Assembly: GCA_021792095.1 (NCBI GenBank)
Contig: JAJYVH010000001.1
Location: forward strand, 125,974 to 189,973
DNA: 64,000 bases
Direction of reading: 5' to 3'
Origin: Candidatus Micrarchaeota archaeon
GTDB taxonomy: Archaea; Micrarchaeota; Micrarchaeia; Micrarchaeales; CABMGC01
Within the stretch, counting starts at the first letter, position 1; every line of letters begins with the position of its first letter. A program made the translations under genes and the position numbers. Positions 8,937 through 18,256 of this stretch are shown one piece after another. A model generated the notes under the pieces. It was not told the DNA's origin, made no database searches, and saw nothing but the letters and a program-made list of their open reading frames with translations.

Positions 8937-11615
8937 ATGGGGGTGTCCTTGACGATACAACGCTGGGAAAAGCCGTTCGGCAGGGAGGAGAGCCTCTCGA
9001 GCCTCAATTTCTACATAAAGGACTGGTTCCTGAAGCACTACAAGGAGCCCACGCCCCCGCAGCTCTACTCCTTCAAGCTGATAAGGGAGCACAGGAACCT
9101 GCTCATCACCGCGCCGACGGGCAGCGGCAAGACGTTCTCGGCGTTCATGAGCATACTGAGCGAGCTCATGGACATGGCGGAGGCGGGCAGTCTCGAGGAC
9201 AAGGTGTACTGCGTGTACATATCGCCGCTCAAGGCGCTGAACAACGACATATACAGGAACCTGAACAAGCCGCTTGATGACATATACTCGAAGCTGGGCG
9301 CGTCCGTGCCCCGGATAAGCGTCGGCATAAGGACCGGGGACACGACGCAGCAGGAGAGGCAGAAGATGCTGAGGAAGCCGCCCAACATACTCGTGACCAC
9401 GCCAGAGAGCCTCGCCATACTGCTGAACTCGGAGAGGTTTATGGAGAACATGAAGAGCGTGAGGTACGTGGTGATAGACGAGATGCACGAGCTGGCGAAC
9501 AACAAGCGCGGCGTCCACCTCTCGCTCTCGCTCGAACGCCTCGGCGCGCTGATAGGCACCGACTTCCTCAGGGTGGGCCTGGGCGCGACGCTGCACCCGC
9601 TCGAGCTCGCCGCCAGGTTCCTAGTGGGCTACAGGAACGGCACCGAGGAGAGGGACTGCTACATAATAGACGCCACGTGGGACAAGAGGATGGAGTACAA
9701 GACGCTCTGCCCCGTGCCCGACATAGTCAACGCCACCGACAGGCGCATAGACACCGCGATCTACGCCACGCTGGACAGGATAATAAAGAGGAACAGGACC
9801 ACGCTCATATTCACGAACACGAGGAGCGGGACGGAGCGGGTGGTGTACAACCTGAGGCGCAGGTTCAAGTACGGAGAGGAGCACATAGCGGCGCACCATG
9901 GCTCGCTCTCGCGGGAGGCCAGGCTGGACGTAGAGGAGCTGCTGAAGAGGGGCAAGCTCAAGTGCGTCGTGTCCTCCACGAGCCTGGAGCTCGGCATAGA
10001 CATAGGCTCGATAGACAACGTGGTGCAGCTCGGCTCCCCGAAGAGCGTGACCAGGGCCATACAGCGCATCGGCAGGAGCGGGCACAGCTTCCAGGACGTG
10101 GCAACAGGCGAGATAGTGGCCATAAACCGCGACGACCTGGTCGAGTGCGCTGTCATGCTGGGCGCGGCCAGGGACAGGAGGCTCGACTCGTTCTCGGTGC
10201 CCACCAACGCGCTCGACGTGCTGGCGCAGCACATCGTTGGCATGGCGCTCACCAAGAAGTGGAAGGTGGACGAGGCCTTCGGCCTCGTGAGGCAGGCCTA
10301 TCCGTACCACAACCTCGACAGGAAGGACTTCGTGATGCTCATAGAGTACCTCTCGGGCAGCTACGTGGGCCTCGAGAGCAGGCGGGTCTACGGCAAGATC
10401 TGGTACGACGCCAACGAGGACGCGTTCGGCAGGCGCGGGAAGCTCACGAAGCTCATCTACTACCTCAACCTCGGCACTATACCGGACGAGGTGTCCGTAG
10501 GCGTCTACGAGCCGAACGGCAGGAGGATAGGCAGCATACAGGAGGAGTTCCTCTCCAGGCTGAAGCCTGGCGACATCTTCGTGCTCGGGGGCAGGCTCTA
10601 CAGGTTCGACCACTCGAGGGAGATGCGGGCATACGTGAACAGGGCGGAGAGCAAGACGCCGACCATACCGCCGTGGTACTCTGAGACGCTGCCGCTGAGC
10701 TACGAACTCGCGCTGGAGATAGGCAGGTTCAGGCGCGAGCTCGCCGACGCGCTGGCGGAGCGCGTGGGCGGCGCCAAGGGAATAGCGAAAACAATAGGCA
10801 AGAAGGCCATAGAGCCCGGAAGCGAGGCGGAGAGGATACTCGACGCGCTGCCTGCCGACGCGAACACGAAGAACTCGATACTGCAGTACTTCGAGGAGCA
10901 GCTGCTCTTCGCGAAGCGGGTGCCGAACGACAGGCTGCTGCTCATAGAGAAGACAGCCGATAAGGAGAAGGAGAGGCTGTACCTAATATTTCACTGCCTC
11001 TACGGCAGGCGCGCCAACGACGTGCTCTCGAGGCTCTTCGCTCTTGAGCTGAGCGACGCATTCAACGCCGACATAGGCATATTCGTCAACGACAACGGCT
11101 TCGTGCTGACCCTGGATTCAGGAATAGGGATAGGGAAGGACGACCTGGAGAAGCTCGTCGCAAGCGTAGCGTCCAGCGACGCGCAGCGCATAATCAGGCG
11201 CAACATAAGGCGCAGCGAGATGATGAAGCGCAGGTTCAGGCACGTGGCCGTCAGGAGCTTCATGGTGCTAAGGAACTACAAGGGCAGGCAGATAAGCATC
11301 AAGAGGCAGCAGATCAACTCGGAGACGCTGCTCAGCGCGGCCGAGGAGATTAGCCCCGATTTCCCTGTGCTGAAGGAAACGTACAGGGAGATAATGGAGG
11401 ACGTGATGGACATGCAGCGCGCCAAGGAGATACTGCGCAAGCTGCGGGAGGGCGAAATAAAACACGACATAATAGAGACGCCGATGCCCTCGCCATTCTC
11501 GCACACCCTGATAACGTTCGGCGAGGCGGACGTGGTGATGATGAAGGACAGGAGGAGGCACCTCAGGGAGCTTCACAAGCACGTGCTGGAGCAGATAAGG
11601 AAGAGGTATGCGTGA
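8937..11615 (+). CDS. lhr: Lhr-family ATP-dependent SF2 helicase
   Basis: APTGSGKT, SPLKALNND, TTPESL, DEMH, HHGSLS, SLELGID, QRIGRSGH. Confidence 0.96.
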   Translation: MGVSLTIQRWEKPFGREESLSSLNFYIKDWFLKHYKEPTPPQLYSFKLIREHRNLLITAPTGSGKTFSAFMSILSELMDMAEAGSLEDKVYCVYISPLKALNNDIYRNLNKPLDDIYSKLGASVPRISVGIRTGDTTQQERQKMLRKPPNILVTTPESLAILLNSERFMENMKSVRYVVIDEMHELANNKRGVHLSLSLERLGALIGTDFLRVGLGATLHPLELAARFLVGYRNGTEERDCYIIDATWDKRMEYKTLCPVPDIVNATDRRIDTAIYATLDRIIKRNRTTLIFTNTRSGTERVVYNLRRRFKYGEEHIAAHHGSLSREARLDVEELLKRGKLKCVVSSTSLELGIDIGSIDNVVQLGSPKSVTRAIQRIGRSGHSFQDVATGEIVAINRDDLVECAVMLGAARDRRLDSFSVPTNALDVLAQHIVGMALTKKWKVDEAFGLVRQAYPYHNLDRKDFVMLIEYLSGSYVGLESRRVYGKIWYDANEDAFGRRGKLTKLIYYLNLGTIPDEVSVGVYEPNGRRIGSIQEEFLSRLKPGDIFVLGGRLYRFDHSREMRAYVNRAESKTPTIPPWYSETLPLSYELALEIGRFRRELADALAERVGGAKGIAKTIGKKAIEPGSEAERILDALPADANTKNSILQYFEEQLLFAKRVPNDRLLLIEKTADKEKERLYLIFHCLYGRRANDVLSRLFALELSDAFNADIGIFVNDNGFVLTLDSGIGIGKDDLEKLVASVASSDAQRIIRRNIRRSEMMKRRFRHVAVRSFMVLRNYKGRQISIKRQQINSETLLSAAEEISPDFPVLKETYREIMEDVMDMQRAKEILRKLREGEIKHDIIETPMPSPFSHTLITFGEADVVMMKDRRRHLRELHKHVLEQIRKRYA

Positions 11616-12358
11616 TGCGCCTGACCGCCGACCTGGAGATCGTCGACGGGCTGCCCGTCATGCACATAAGATCGCTGGGCGCGCTAGCCTGCGCTGACCT
11701 CCACCTGGGCTACGAGGGCGTCATGGCCAGCAGGGGCGGCTTCATACCCAAGATAAACCTGAAGCGGATAAAGGAAACGCTGGGCATCGCCGCGCGCAAG
11801 ACGGGGGCCAGGAGCATCATAGTGGACGGAGACATAAAGAACGAGTTCAGCGAGGTGCACGCTGAGGAATTCAACGAGTTCAGGGAGCTCATGCATTTCC
11901 TGAAGGAGGAACTGCGCATGAAGGGGCTCTTCCTGGTTAAGGGCAACCACGACAACTTCGTGGACAGGCTGAGGCAGGCGCTTGGCTTCGAGCTCTACAG
12001 GCAGGAAGCCGAGATAGGCGACTACGTCTTCTTCCACGGCGAAGAGCTGCCGGAGAGCAAAGCAAAGAAGACATTCGTAATGGGGCACCTGCACCCGGCG
12101 ATAGCTGTCTACAACAAAGTGGGAGTGAAGGAGAAGCTGCCGTGCTTCCTATCTGGCAAGATGAGCGATGGAAGGGAGATAGTGGTGCTGCCCGCCATGA
12201 ACAGCTTCGCAGGAGGGGTGGAGGTGAACCGCGACGACCCGAGCGACATAGCGCCCGTATTCAGCAAGATGCTTGACGTGAACGGGATGCGCGCCTACTG
12301 CTTCGGGGAAGGCGAAACCTACGACTTCGGGAAGGTGGGACAACTAAGGCACGTGTAA
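11612..12358 (+). CDS. Metallophosphoesterase (Lhr-associated, calcineurin-like)
   Basis: ADLHLGYE, GD, GNHD, HG, GHLHP motifs; overlaps the lhr stop (GTGA coupling). Confidence 0.92.
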   Translation: MMRLTADLEIVDGLPVMHIRSLGALACADLHLGYEGVMASRGGFIPKINLKRIKETLGIAARKTGARSIIVDGDIKNEFSEVHAEEFNEFRELMHFLKEELRMKGLFLVKGNHDNFVDRLRQALGFELYRQEAEIGDYVFFHGEELPESKAKKTFVMGHLHPAIAVYNKVGVKEKLPCFLSGKMSDGREIVVLPAMNSFAGGVEVNRDDPSDIAPVFSKMLDVNGMRAYCFGEGETYDFGKVGQLRHV

Positions 12359-12817
12359 TTATATCCGTCCAATCCTTGACTCGTTATACTTTTTCTCGGC
12401 CTCTTGTATTTTTTGGAGCTCGGCCAAGTCTGAATCCGATATAGAACCGTCGCTGACCGCTATCTTCTCTATCGTCTTACGCATATCCGGCAGCAAAATG
12501 TCGCCAATATAGTATGGGCCTACCTGTGTTGGCTGCTTTGTGTGTGAATTGTCTGCGGCTTGGCTCTGTTCGGCCAGGGGCGCATTATGCTTTTTTTCTG
12601 CCCTGTGTATTTCTCGGAGTTGGGATAAGTCTGCCTCAGACATAAGGCCGCTCTCAACCGCCTTCGCCTCTATCGATTCGCGCATCCTTCTAGATAAAGC
12701 CTCACCAGTATAGTATGGGCCTACCTGTGTTGGCTGATCCGAGTGTGGATTGCCTACAACCTTGTAATTCCACGAGTCTGGTTTGGTTTTGGGCATACGG
12801 TCACCTGCTGCTACCAA
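12359..12817 (-). CDS. Hypothetical protein with an internal 67-aa tandem duplication
   Basis: QPTQVGPYY ... DL..L..I..AEKK.N occurs twice; lower GC than neighbours. Confidence 0.65.
   Translation of the reverse strand: MVAAGDRMPKTKPDSWNYKVVGNPHSDQPTQVGPYYTGEALSRRMRESIEAKAVESGLMSEADLSQLREIHRAEKKHNAPLAEQSQAADNSHTKQPTQVGPYYIGDILLPDMRKTIEKIAVSDGSISDSDLAELQKIQEAEKKYNESRIGRI
12508..12736. repeat. Exact 28-bp direct repeat (12508..12535 and 12709..12736), 201-bp period
   Basis: tatagtatgggcctacctgtgttggctg occurs twice. Confidence 0.9.
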
Positions 12818-12878
12818 TTTCCACTAAGTTTGCATCATATATAAATATTGTGTTTAATAGCCAAGAAGGCGGCGCGCA

Positions 12879-13313
12879 ATGAAACTCTTCGCATACACGG
12901 ACGGCGCATCGCGGGGCAATCCCGGAAGGGGAGCCTCGGGCTACCTCATACTCGATGCATCCCACAAGGCGCTCGCACACAACGCCTTTGCAGACGGCGT
13001 GTGCACCAACAACGTGGCCGAGTACAAGGCTATAATCGCCGCCCTGAGGAAGGCGCTGAACCTGGGATGCGACCACATAGTGCTCTCTTCGGACAGCAAG
13101 CTCGCGATAAACCAACTGTCCGGAAACTACAAGGTGAAGGACAAGACGCTGAAGCAGCTCAACTCCGAGGCCAAAACGCTCCTGGCAAGGTTCGCGAAAC
13201 GCGAACTGCTCAACGTGCCAAGGGAGAACAGGCACGTTAGCGAGGTCGACAGGGAGCTCAACGAGCTCTTGGATGCCGAAGAGAAAAAGGCAGCGCTTCA
13301 AACCAAGCTATAA
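12879..13313 (+). CDS. rnhA: Ribonuclease HI
   Basis: YTDGASRGNPG, TNNVAEY, SDSKL, VPRE.N...D. Confidence 0.93.
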   Translation: MKLFAYTDGASRGNPGRGASGYLILDASHKALAHNAFADGVCTNNVAEYKAIIAALRKALNLGCDHIVLSSDSKLAINQLSGNYKVKDKTLKQLNSEAKTLLARFAKRELLNVPRENRHVSEVDRELNELLDAEEKKAALQTKL

Positions 13314-13357
13314 ATATAGAAACCTGACATTCAATACTGTAAGAACAAGGCATACGC

Positions 13358-14845
13358 ATGGCTGCAGGAAAGGGGAAGGCCGACATCAAGCAGGTGAACG
13401 TACCCACGCCTGAGGCGAAGGAGGTCTACGACCAGGCGGGCAAGTTCTTCGAGGAGAACAAGTTCGACGAAGCCATAGAGGCGTACGGCAGGGCCATAGA
13501 TGCGTACGCAGAATACTCGAGCGCATACTTCAACCGTGCGCTGTCTTACGCGCTGATAGGCCAGTACGACAAGGCCACCAATGACGCCATGAAGGTCATG
13601 GAGCTGGAGCCCGATGCCGCTGATGCACCCTACGTGATGGGCATAATAAGCGAATACCAGCACGACTTCGAGGGAGCAAAGGAGTGGTACACGAAGTCGC
13701 TAAAGAACAACCCGGGCTACTCGCAGGCCAAGCAGCGAATGGACGGCCTAGCGGATAAGATGAAGGCCGAGGCGTCGCCCGCAAAGGCGAAGGCTGGCCA
13801 GGCAGCTTCTACAGAGACAGTGATAGAGGAGGGACAGATAAAGCAGGTCAAGATGTTCACTTCCAACACCACGCTCAATGACGTCGTGGGCATGAAGGAT
13901 CAGAAGGAGCTCATCCATGACAACATAATACTCGCGCTAAACAAGCCGGAGCTGCTGAGGGCGTACGGCAAGAAACTGGGGCTCGGTGTGGTCTTTTACG
14001 GCCCGCCTGGATGCGGCAAGACATACATAGTGAAAGCGATAGCAGGGGAGACAAAGGCGCACTTCATACCAATGAACATAAACCAGATAGTGGACATGTG
14101 GTCCGGAAACACTGAGAAGAACATGCACGCTATATTCGAACAGGCGAGGAAGGCAGTGCCTTGCATAGTCTTCGCAGACGAGATCGATGCGCTGGGCAGC
14201 AAGAGAGAAGGGGAGGGCAGCCAGCAGAACACGATGAGGCTTGCTGTCAACCAGTTTCTGCAGGAGCTCGACGGCCTCGAGGAGAGGCCAGAGGGCATAT
14301 TCGTCATAGGCGCAACGAACCAGCCGTGGGACATGGACCCTGCGCTGAAGAGGCCCGGCAGGTTCGGGGACTCCGTATACTTCCCCGCTCCGGATTACGG
14401 CACTAGGATTGCAGCGTTCAAGTACAACACCAAGAAGATGCCGCTCGCAAAGCGCACGAGCTACGGCAGGCTCGCAAGGGCCACGATGGGCTTCTCGCAG
14501 GCCGACATATTCGACATCTGCGACAAGACTGCGCTTAAGGTGGCCGTAGAGGAGGACAAAACAGGCAGGAAGAGGCAGATACGCACTGGCGACTTCATAG
14601 CCATAATAAAGAAGAGGAGCAGCTCGCTCGACGAATGGTACGGCATGATGAAGAAGGAAGTGATAAGCAAGACGGAGACACAGATAGTGGACGGCAAGAA
14701 GACGCAGGTGGAGAAGGAGGGCAAGCTTACACCGGAGGAGAAGCAGCGCTACAAGCCTATGGTAAAGGACATAAAGAGGAACCTGAACCCGTTCAACATG
14801 TTCATGAAGAAGTTCATGCGCGCTTTCGCGCTGTACCTGTTCTGA
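13358..14845 (+). CDS. TPR-repeat AAA+ ATPase
   Basis: N-terminal TPRs (AYFNRALSY), Walker A GPPGCGKT, Walker B FADEID, SRH ATNQPWDMDPALKRPGRF. Confidence 0.92.
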   Translation: MAAGKGKADIKQVNVPTPEAKEVYDQAGKFFEENKFDEAIEAYGRAIDAYAEYSSAYFNRALSYALIGQYDKATNDAMKVMELEPDAADAPYVMGIISEYQHDFEGAKEWYTKSLKNNPGYSQAKQRMDGLADKMKAEASPAKAKAGQAASTETVIEEGQIKQVKMFTSNTTLNDVVGMKDQKELIHDNIILALNKPELLRAYGKKLGLGVVFYGPPGCGKTYIVKAIAGETKAHFIPMNINQIVDMWSGNTEKNMHAIFEQARKAVPCIVFADEIDALGSKREGEGSQQNTMRLAVNQFLQELDGLEERPEGIFVIGATNQPWDMDPALKRPGRFGDSVYFPAPDYGTRIAAFKYNTKKMPLAKRTSYGRLARATMGFSQADIFDICDKTALKVAVEEDKTGRKRQIRTGDFIAIIKKRSSSLDEWYGMMKKEVISKTETQIVDGKKTQVEKEGKLTPEEKQRYKPMVKDIKRNLNPFNMFMKKFMRAFALYLF

Positions 14846-14892
14846 AACAAACACCTCAAAAACATTGCATGACCCACAGTCTTGGTAATGCA

Positions 14893-15141
14893 ATGGCATC
14901 GAAAGAAACGCCTGGAAAGGGCGCAGAGGTTAGGAAAAAGACACTAGGCAACATAGTGGCGCTGGTCACAACAGCGTTCGGGCTGGTGGCCGCACTGGCA
15001 TGGAACACTGCCATACAGACCATCTTCACCACGGCCTTCGGAAAGCAGACGACGATAGTGGCGATGCTGAGCTACGCGTTGATCGTTACAGTGATAGCCG
15101 TTGTGGTAACGACATACCTTTCAAAGCTTGCAGAGAAATAG
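14893..15141 (+). CDS. Small 2-TM membrane protein (DUF5654-like)
   Basis: LVTTAFGLVAALAWNTAIQ...YALIVTVIAV pattern; ATG at 14893. Confidence 0.75.
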   Translation: MASKETPGKGAEVRKKTLGNIVALVTTAFGLVAALAWNTAIQTIFTTAFGKQTTIVAMLSYALIVTVIAVVVTTYLSKLAEK

Positions 15142-15291
15142 TGGCTGCACGCATTTATGGCGTGGCCGAGCGCCTTGTCTGACGCCAGGGGAGGCATTAC
15201 ATCGGGGCATACTACAGTGGTTACATGGTAAACCCGAGAGCACGCATATTATTATTTTGAAGCAGATACACTGGAGAATAAAGGGGTGGAC

Positions 15292-15450
15292 ATGGGAAAA
15301 TACGATAAAGAGTTTCTGGACTACATGGAGACCAAGTACAGAATCACAGTAGAAAGGGCGACAAACGGCAGCGAAAAGGAGAGAATAACGTTCGCAGTCG
15401 CCTGGGACGTGTGGAAGCAGGCGAAGAAAATCTACTCGCGAACAGGATAG
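15292..15450 (+). CDS. Small hypothetical protein (52 aa; absent from the ORF track)
   Basis: MGKYDKEFLDYMETKYRITVERATNGSEKERITFAVAWDVWKQAKKIYSRTG*, preceded by SD-like GGGGTGG. Confidence 0.55.
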   Translation: MGKYDKEFLDYMETKYRITVERATNGSEKERITFAVAWDVWKQAKKIYSRTG

Positions 15451-15468
15451 GCCAAGCAGGGAGCCAGG

Positions 15469-15654
15469 CTACCTTAACGAACGCTCCTTGACCCTAAGGT
15501 AGAGATCCGGATCCTGTTTGGCAGATTTCATTACAGAGTTGATGAGCATGTTCTGCTGTCTCGACCATTTCCTGCTAGGCGCGTTTTTAACATAGTTTGC
15601 CCAAAGTCTGACAAAATCCATTCTCTGCCTTATGGCACGGTTAGACAAGCCCAT
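15469..15654 (-). CDS. Small protein coupled to the nucleotidyltransferase (putative TA partner)
   Basis: 61 aa, R.DFVRLWANYV...WS.QQN.LINS; start overlaps the NTase gene end. Confidence 0.65.
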   Translation of the reverse strand: MGLSNRAIRQRMDFVRLWANYVKNAPSRKWSRQQNMLINSVMKSAKQDPDLYLRVKERSLR

Positions 15655-16243
15655 GTTTAATCATCTTGTTTTCAACTTTTAACCCTTTCGCGATGCTCCG
15701 CATCTTTGCCCTATCCAACTTTTCTTTGAACAGCTCGTACATGTGCACTGCATCCTCTATATCTTTCTCGCTGCCGAGTAGTACTTTGTACGGAATTTGG
15801 ATCTCGATTGGGGATATGGCCAGTTTCCTGCCATTGATTAATGCATTAACCGGATTATCGAATGACATGAAATCAGTCTCCTTCTTGGCGAACTTAACCT
15901 CGAAATTCGGCACGACAGTATCCTTTTTGGCGGCCCTTATCGAGAGGCCTTTTTCCAAGCGGTCGAAAGCATCTTCCAAGGAATCAGAGTCCACGAGCCA
16001 ATAATTGTTCCTCACCAGAAGGTTGTATAACTTCGCAAAGTTTTTGAGTCCTGTCCTGCCGATATAAATGTCAATGTCCTCTGTGGTCCTTGATCGGCCG
16101 AGAAGTATGGCTACATAGCCGCTGACAATCACATACTTGGTGCCCGATTTCTTCAGCAAGCCGATGAAATCGAATACGAGCTTGTCTAAGTCGGATAGCT
16201 CTTTATCGAATTTTAAAACGTGGCCATCATACTTGAAGCGCAT
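15641..16243 (-). CDS. Pol-beta superfamily nucleotidyltransferase (DUF6036/AbiEii-like)
   Basis: YVIVSGYVAILLGRSRTTEDIDI (G.....R.T.DxD) and C-terminal KDIED; low GC. Confidence 0.8.
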   Translation of the reverse strand: MRFKYDGHVLKFDKELSDLDKLVFDFIGLLKKSGTKYVIVSGYVAILLGRSRTTEDIDIYIGRTGLKNFAKLYNLLVRNNYWLVDSDSLEDAFDRLEKGLSIRAAKKDTVVPNFEVKFAKKETDFMSFDNPVNALINGRKLAISPIEIQIPYKVLLGSEKDIEDAVHMYELFKEKLDRAKMRSIAKGLKVENKMIKHGLV

Positions 16244-16271
16244 GCTGAATTATGGCATTCAAGATTAATAA

Positions 16272-16344
16272 GGCCTCGGCCGGGAGTCGGACCCGGTCCT
16301 GAGGATCCACAGTCCTATATGCGAGCCGTTACACCACCGAGGCC
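16272..16344 (-). tRNA. tRNA-His(GTG), encoded G-1
   Basis: G GCCTCGG TG GTGT..GCAT A TAGGA CTGTGGA TCCTC AGGA CCGGG TCCGACT CCCGG CCGAGGC C. Confidence 0.92.
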
Positions 16345-16367
16345 ATGCAGTATATTCTCCCATCCGG

Positions 16368-17027
16368 CTATTTATAATTAGGCTGGTCAGGTATGCCTAT
16401 AGGCACCACGACCATTTCGCCAGTATATTCGCTCCTGTCTTTCGTGCCCGTCTTGGGCCTGTGGAGCGCCACTGTAAGGTCTGCCTTCACGGCCACAGGG
16501 TTTATGCTTCCAGTGAGCGGATCCAGGCCCGAGGGCACATCTATAGCCACTCTTGCCGCGCCGCTCGCGTTTATCATTTCTATCGCTGTTTTGATGGGTT
16601 CCCGCACCTCGCCCCTCGCCCCTGTGCCGAGCAGGCACGCGACAAGTATGTCGCAGCTGCCGAATCCTGCAAACCCGGCTACCCCTTCAGCTGTTTCGAG
16701 ACTGGTCTTCGGGACCCGAAGCGCATCCCAGTTCCTCCTAGCTTCATCCGTCCTTATCCTTTCCGGGGAGCCGGCTAGCAGCACGCTTACAGCGGCTCCT
16801 TTCTCGCTAAGGCGCCTTGCCGCGACAAAACCGTCTCCGCCGTTGTTTCCAATACCAGCCACCACGAGAACCTTTTTGGAATCCAGCGGACCATACCTCT
16901 CCTCAACGACCCTTGCCACCTGCGTGCCCGCGTTCTCCATGAGCTCCAGTACGGACACGCCCCCAGCTACGGCCCTCTTCTCTGCATCGGCCATATCGTC
17001 CGGATCTATGAACTCCATAAGAGCCAT
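16368..17027 (-). CDS. nnrE: NAD(P)H-hydrate epimerase (YjeF N-terminal domain)
   Basis: LMENAG, G.GNNGGDG, LGTG, AIDVPSG. Confidence 0.93.
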   Translation of the reverse strand: MALMEFIDPDDMADAEKRAVAGGVSVLELMENAGTQVARVVEERYGPLDSKKVLVVAGIGNNGGDGFVAARRLSEKGAAVSVLLAGSPERIRTDEARRNWDALRVPKTSLETAEGVAGFAGFGSCDILVACLLGTGARGEVREPIKTAIEMINASGAARVAIDVPSGLDPLTGSINPVAVKADLTVALHRPKTGTKDRSEYTGEMVVVPIGIPDQPNYK

Positions 17028-17100
17028 TTGCGCATCGTTTTATTTATGCGTTAACTGCTTTTCACCAATCTATTTAAAGGGGCGCGGAGGAAGGATGTGA

Positions 17101-17706
17101 ATGATTTCTATGATGCAGCAGGAGATTGCTACGGAGCCGTGGAAACGACACACAGGCAAGGGTCCGTCACGCCTGTTGGAAGATTTGGCCAGGGAAGACG
17201 GCATAAGCTATGACACCATAAATGCGTTCATGCGCGGAGACAGGGTCAGCTTAAGCTCGCCAAGCGGCTACTATAGCGAATTCAAGGGGTTTGTAGGGGA
17301 AATAAAGAGCAGGCTGCGGCAGACGACAGCCGATGTGTTCGGCGCCGAAATCATGATGCTCGAGCCAGAGAGGACCACTTATGTAGTCAAGTGGTTGAAT
17401 GCGCTGATCAGGGGGGACGATGGTAGCCAAGAAGCATATGACGAGCGTTACAGGGATTCGGAACCCGATCATTTTGCCTTCGGTATGGTAGAAACAACAA
17501 ACTTGTTGGGGATAAAGGTGGCCCAAAGGACCGGCAAGGAAGGCCTTTTGCTCGTTGTGGGGTATGAAGGGATTATAAACAAGGCACGTGACACGCTAGG
17601 GTACATAGAGATGGCGAGACGGGTGGACCTGACTGATTGGATAGTTCCAGACAAAGTGGAGGCAAGGATGGAGTTTGGAACTACGGTGCTTGGGAGGGAG
17701 ACTTAA
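17101..17706 (+). CDS. Hypothetical protein
   Basis: 201-aa ORF with upstream TATA-like tatttaaag; no recognisable motif. Confidence 0.6.
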   Translation: MISMMQQEIATEPWKRHTGKGPSRLLEDLAREDGISYDTINAFMRGDRVSLSSPSGYYSEFKGFVGEIKSRLRQTTADVFGAEIMMLEPERTTYVVKWLNALIRGDDGSQEAYDERYRDSEPDHFAFGMVETTNLLGIKVAQRTGKEGLLLVVGYEGIINKARDTLGYIEMARRVDLTDWIVPDKVEARMEFGTTVLGRET

Positions 17707-17733
17707 ATACCCTCTCTTGGAAATAAGCTTGCT

Positions 17734-17852
17734 GGCGGGGTAGCTCAGCCTGGTTAGAGCGCTAGACTCATATGCAAAGCATAATGAGTTGCGAGCTTCG
17801 GCGATGACGCTGAGAGATCTAGAGGTCGAGGGTTCAAATCACTCCCCCGCCA
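17734..17852 (+). tRNA. tRNA-Met(CAT) (elongator Met or Ile2) with a 44-nt intron at position 37/38 (17773..17816)
   Basis: GGCGGGG/CCCCGCC acceptor stem, CTAGA/TCTAG anticodon stem, BHB motif with CTCA/TGAG central helix and TA^T / AG^A bulges, T-loop TTCAAAT. Confidence 0.93.
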
Positions 17853-17863
17853 AATAAAACTGC

Positions 17864-18175
17864 CTAGTCTGGCAGCCTCTCTATTATGCCGCTCATCTCG
17901 GCGTAGTGCTTCTTGATTATGGCCTCTGCCTTCGGGCCTAGCATCTTCTCAGTGTTGACCTTGCACAGTTCCATCGCCGCTCGCAGCCCTTCCTTGCTAG
18001 GGTTGCTGACGTCTACGTTGCACTTCTTGAAAGCGTCGCCCACGAATATCTTCACTCTCGCCCTAAGCTCGCTCTCGGACACCTTCCGGCCCAGCGCCTC
18101 ATTTATCTCTCCGTTAGCGCTTTCGAAGCACGTCACCAGCCTTTCAACTGCAATCTTGGGATCCGTTGCACCCAT
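17864..18175 (-). CDS. Hypothetical helical protein
   Basis: MGATDPK... ORF with host-like codon usage. Confidence 0.65.
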   Translation of the reverse strand: MGATDPKIAVERLVTCFESANGEINEALGRKVSESELRARVKIFVGDAFKKCNVDVSNPSKEGLRAAMELCKVNTEKMLGPKAEAIIKKHYAEMSGIIERLPD

Positions 18176-18256
18176 ACAACACCTCTGCACTATAACCCAG
18201 TTATGGGCATTGGGCGTTTAAAAAGATATTGTGTAATTAGGCATTAAGTTGATTCG

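Noticed and set aside
12508-12736. 28-bp direct repeat as a CRISPR mini-array
   Set aside because: Only two copies, a 173-bp spacer, in frame within a coding repeat, and no cas genes.
15142-15250. Possible structured RNA flanked by a GCACGCAT 8-bp repeat
   Set aside because: Only short stems (TGGCGT/ACGCCA, TCGGG/CCCGA) that are expected by chance, and no recognisable RNA family.
17773-17816. tRNA-Met intron as a novelty
   Set aside because: Canonical 37/38 position with a strict BHB motif, which is common in archaea.
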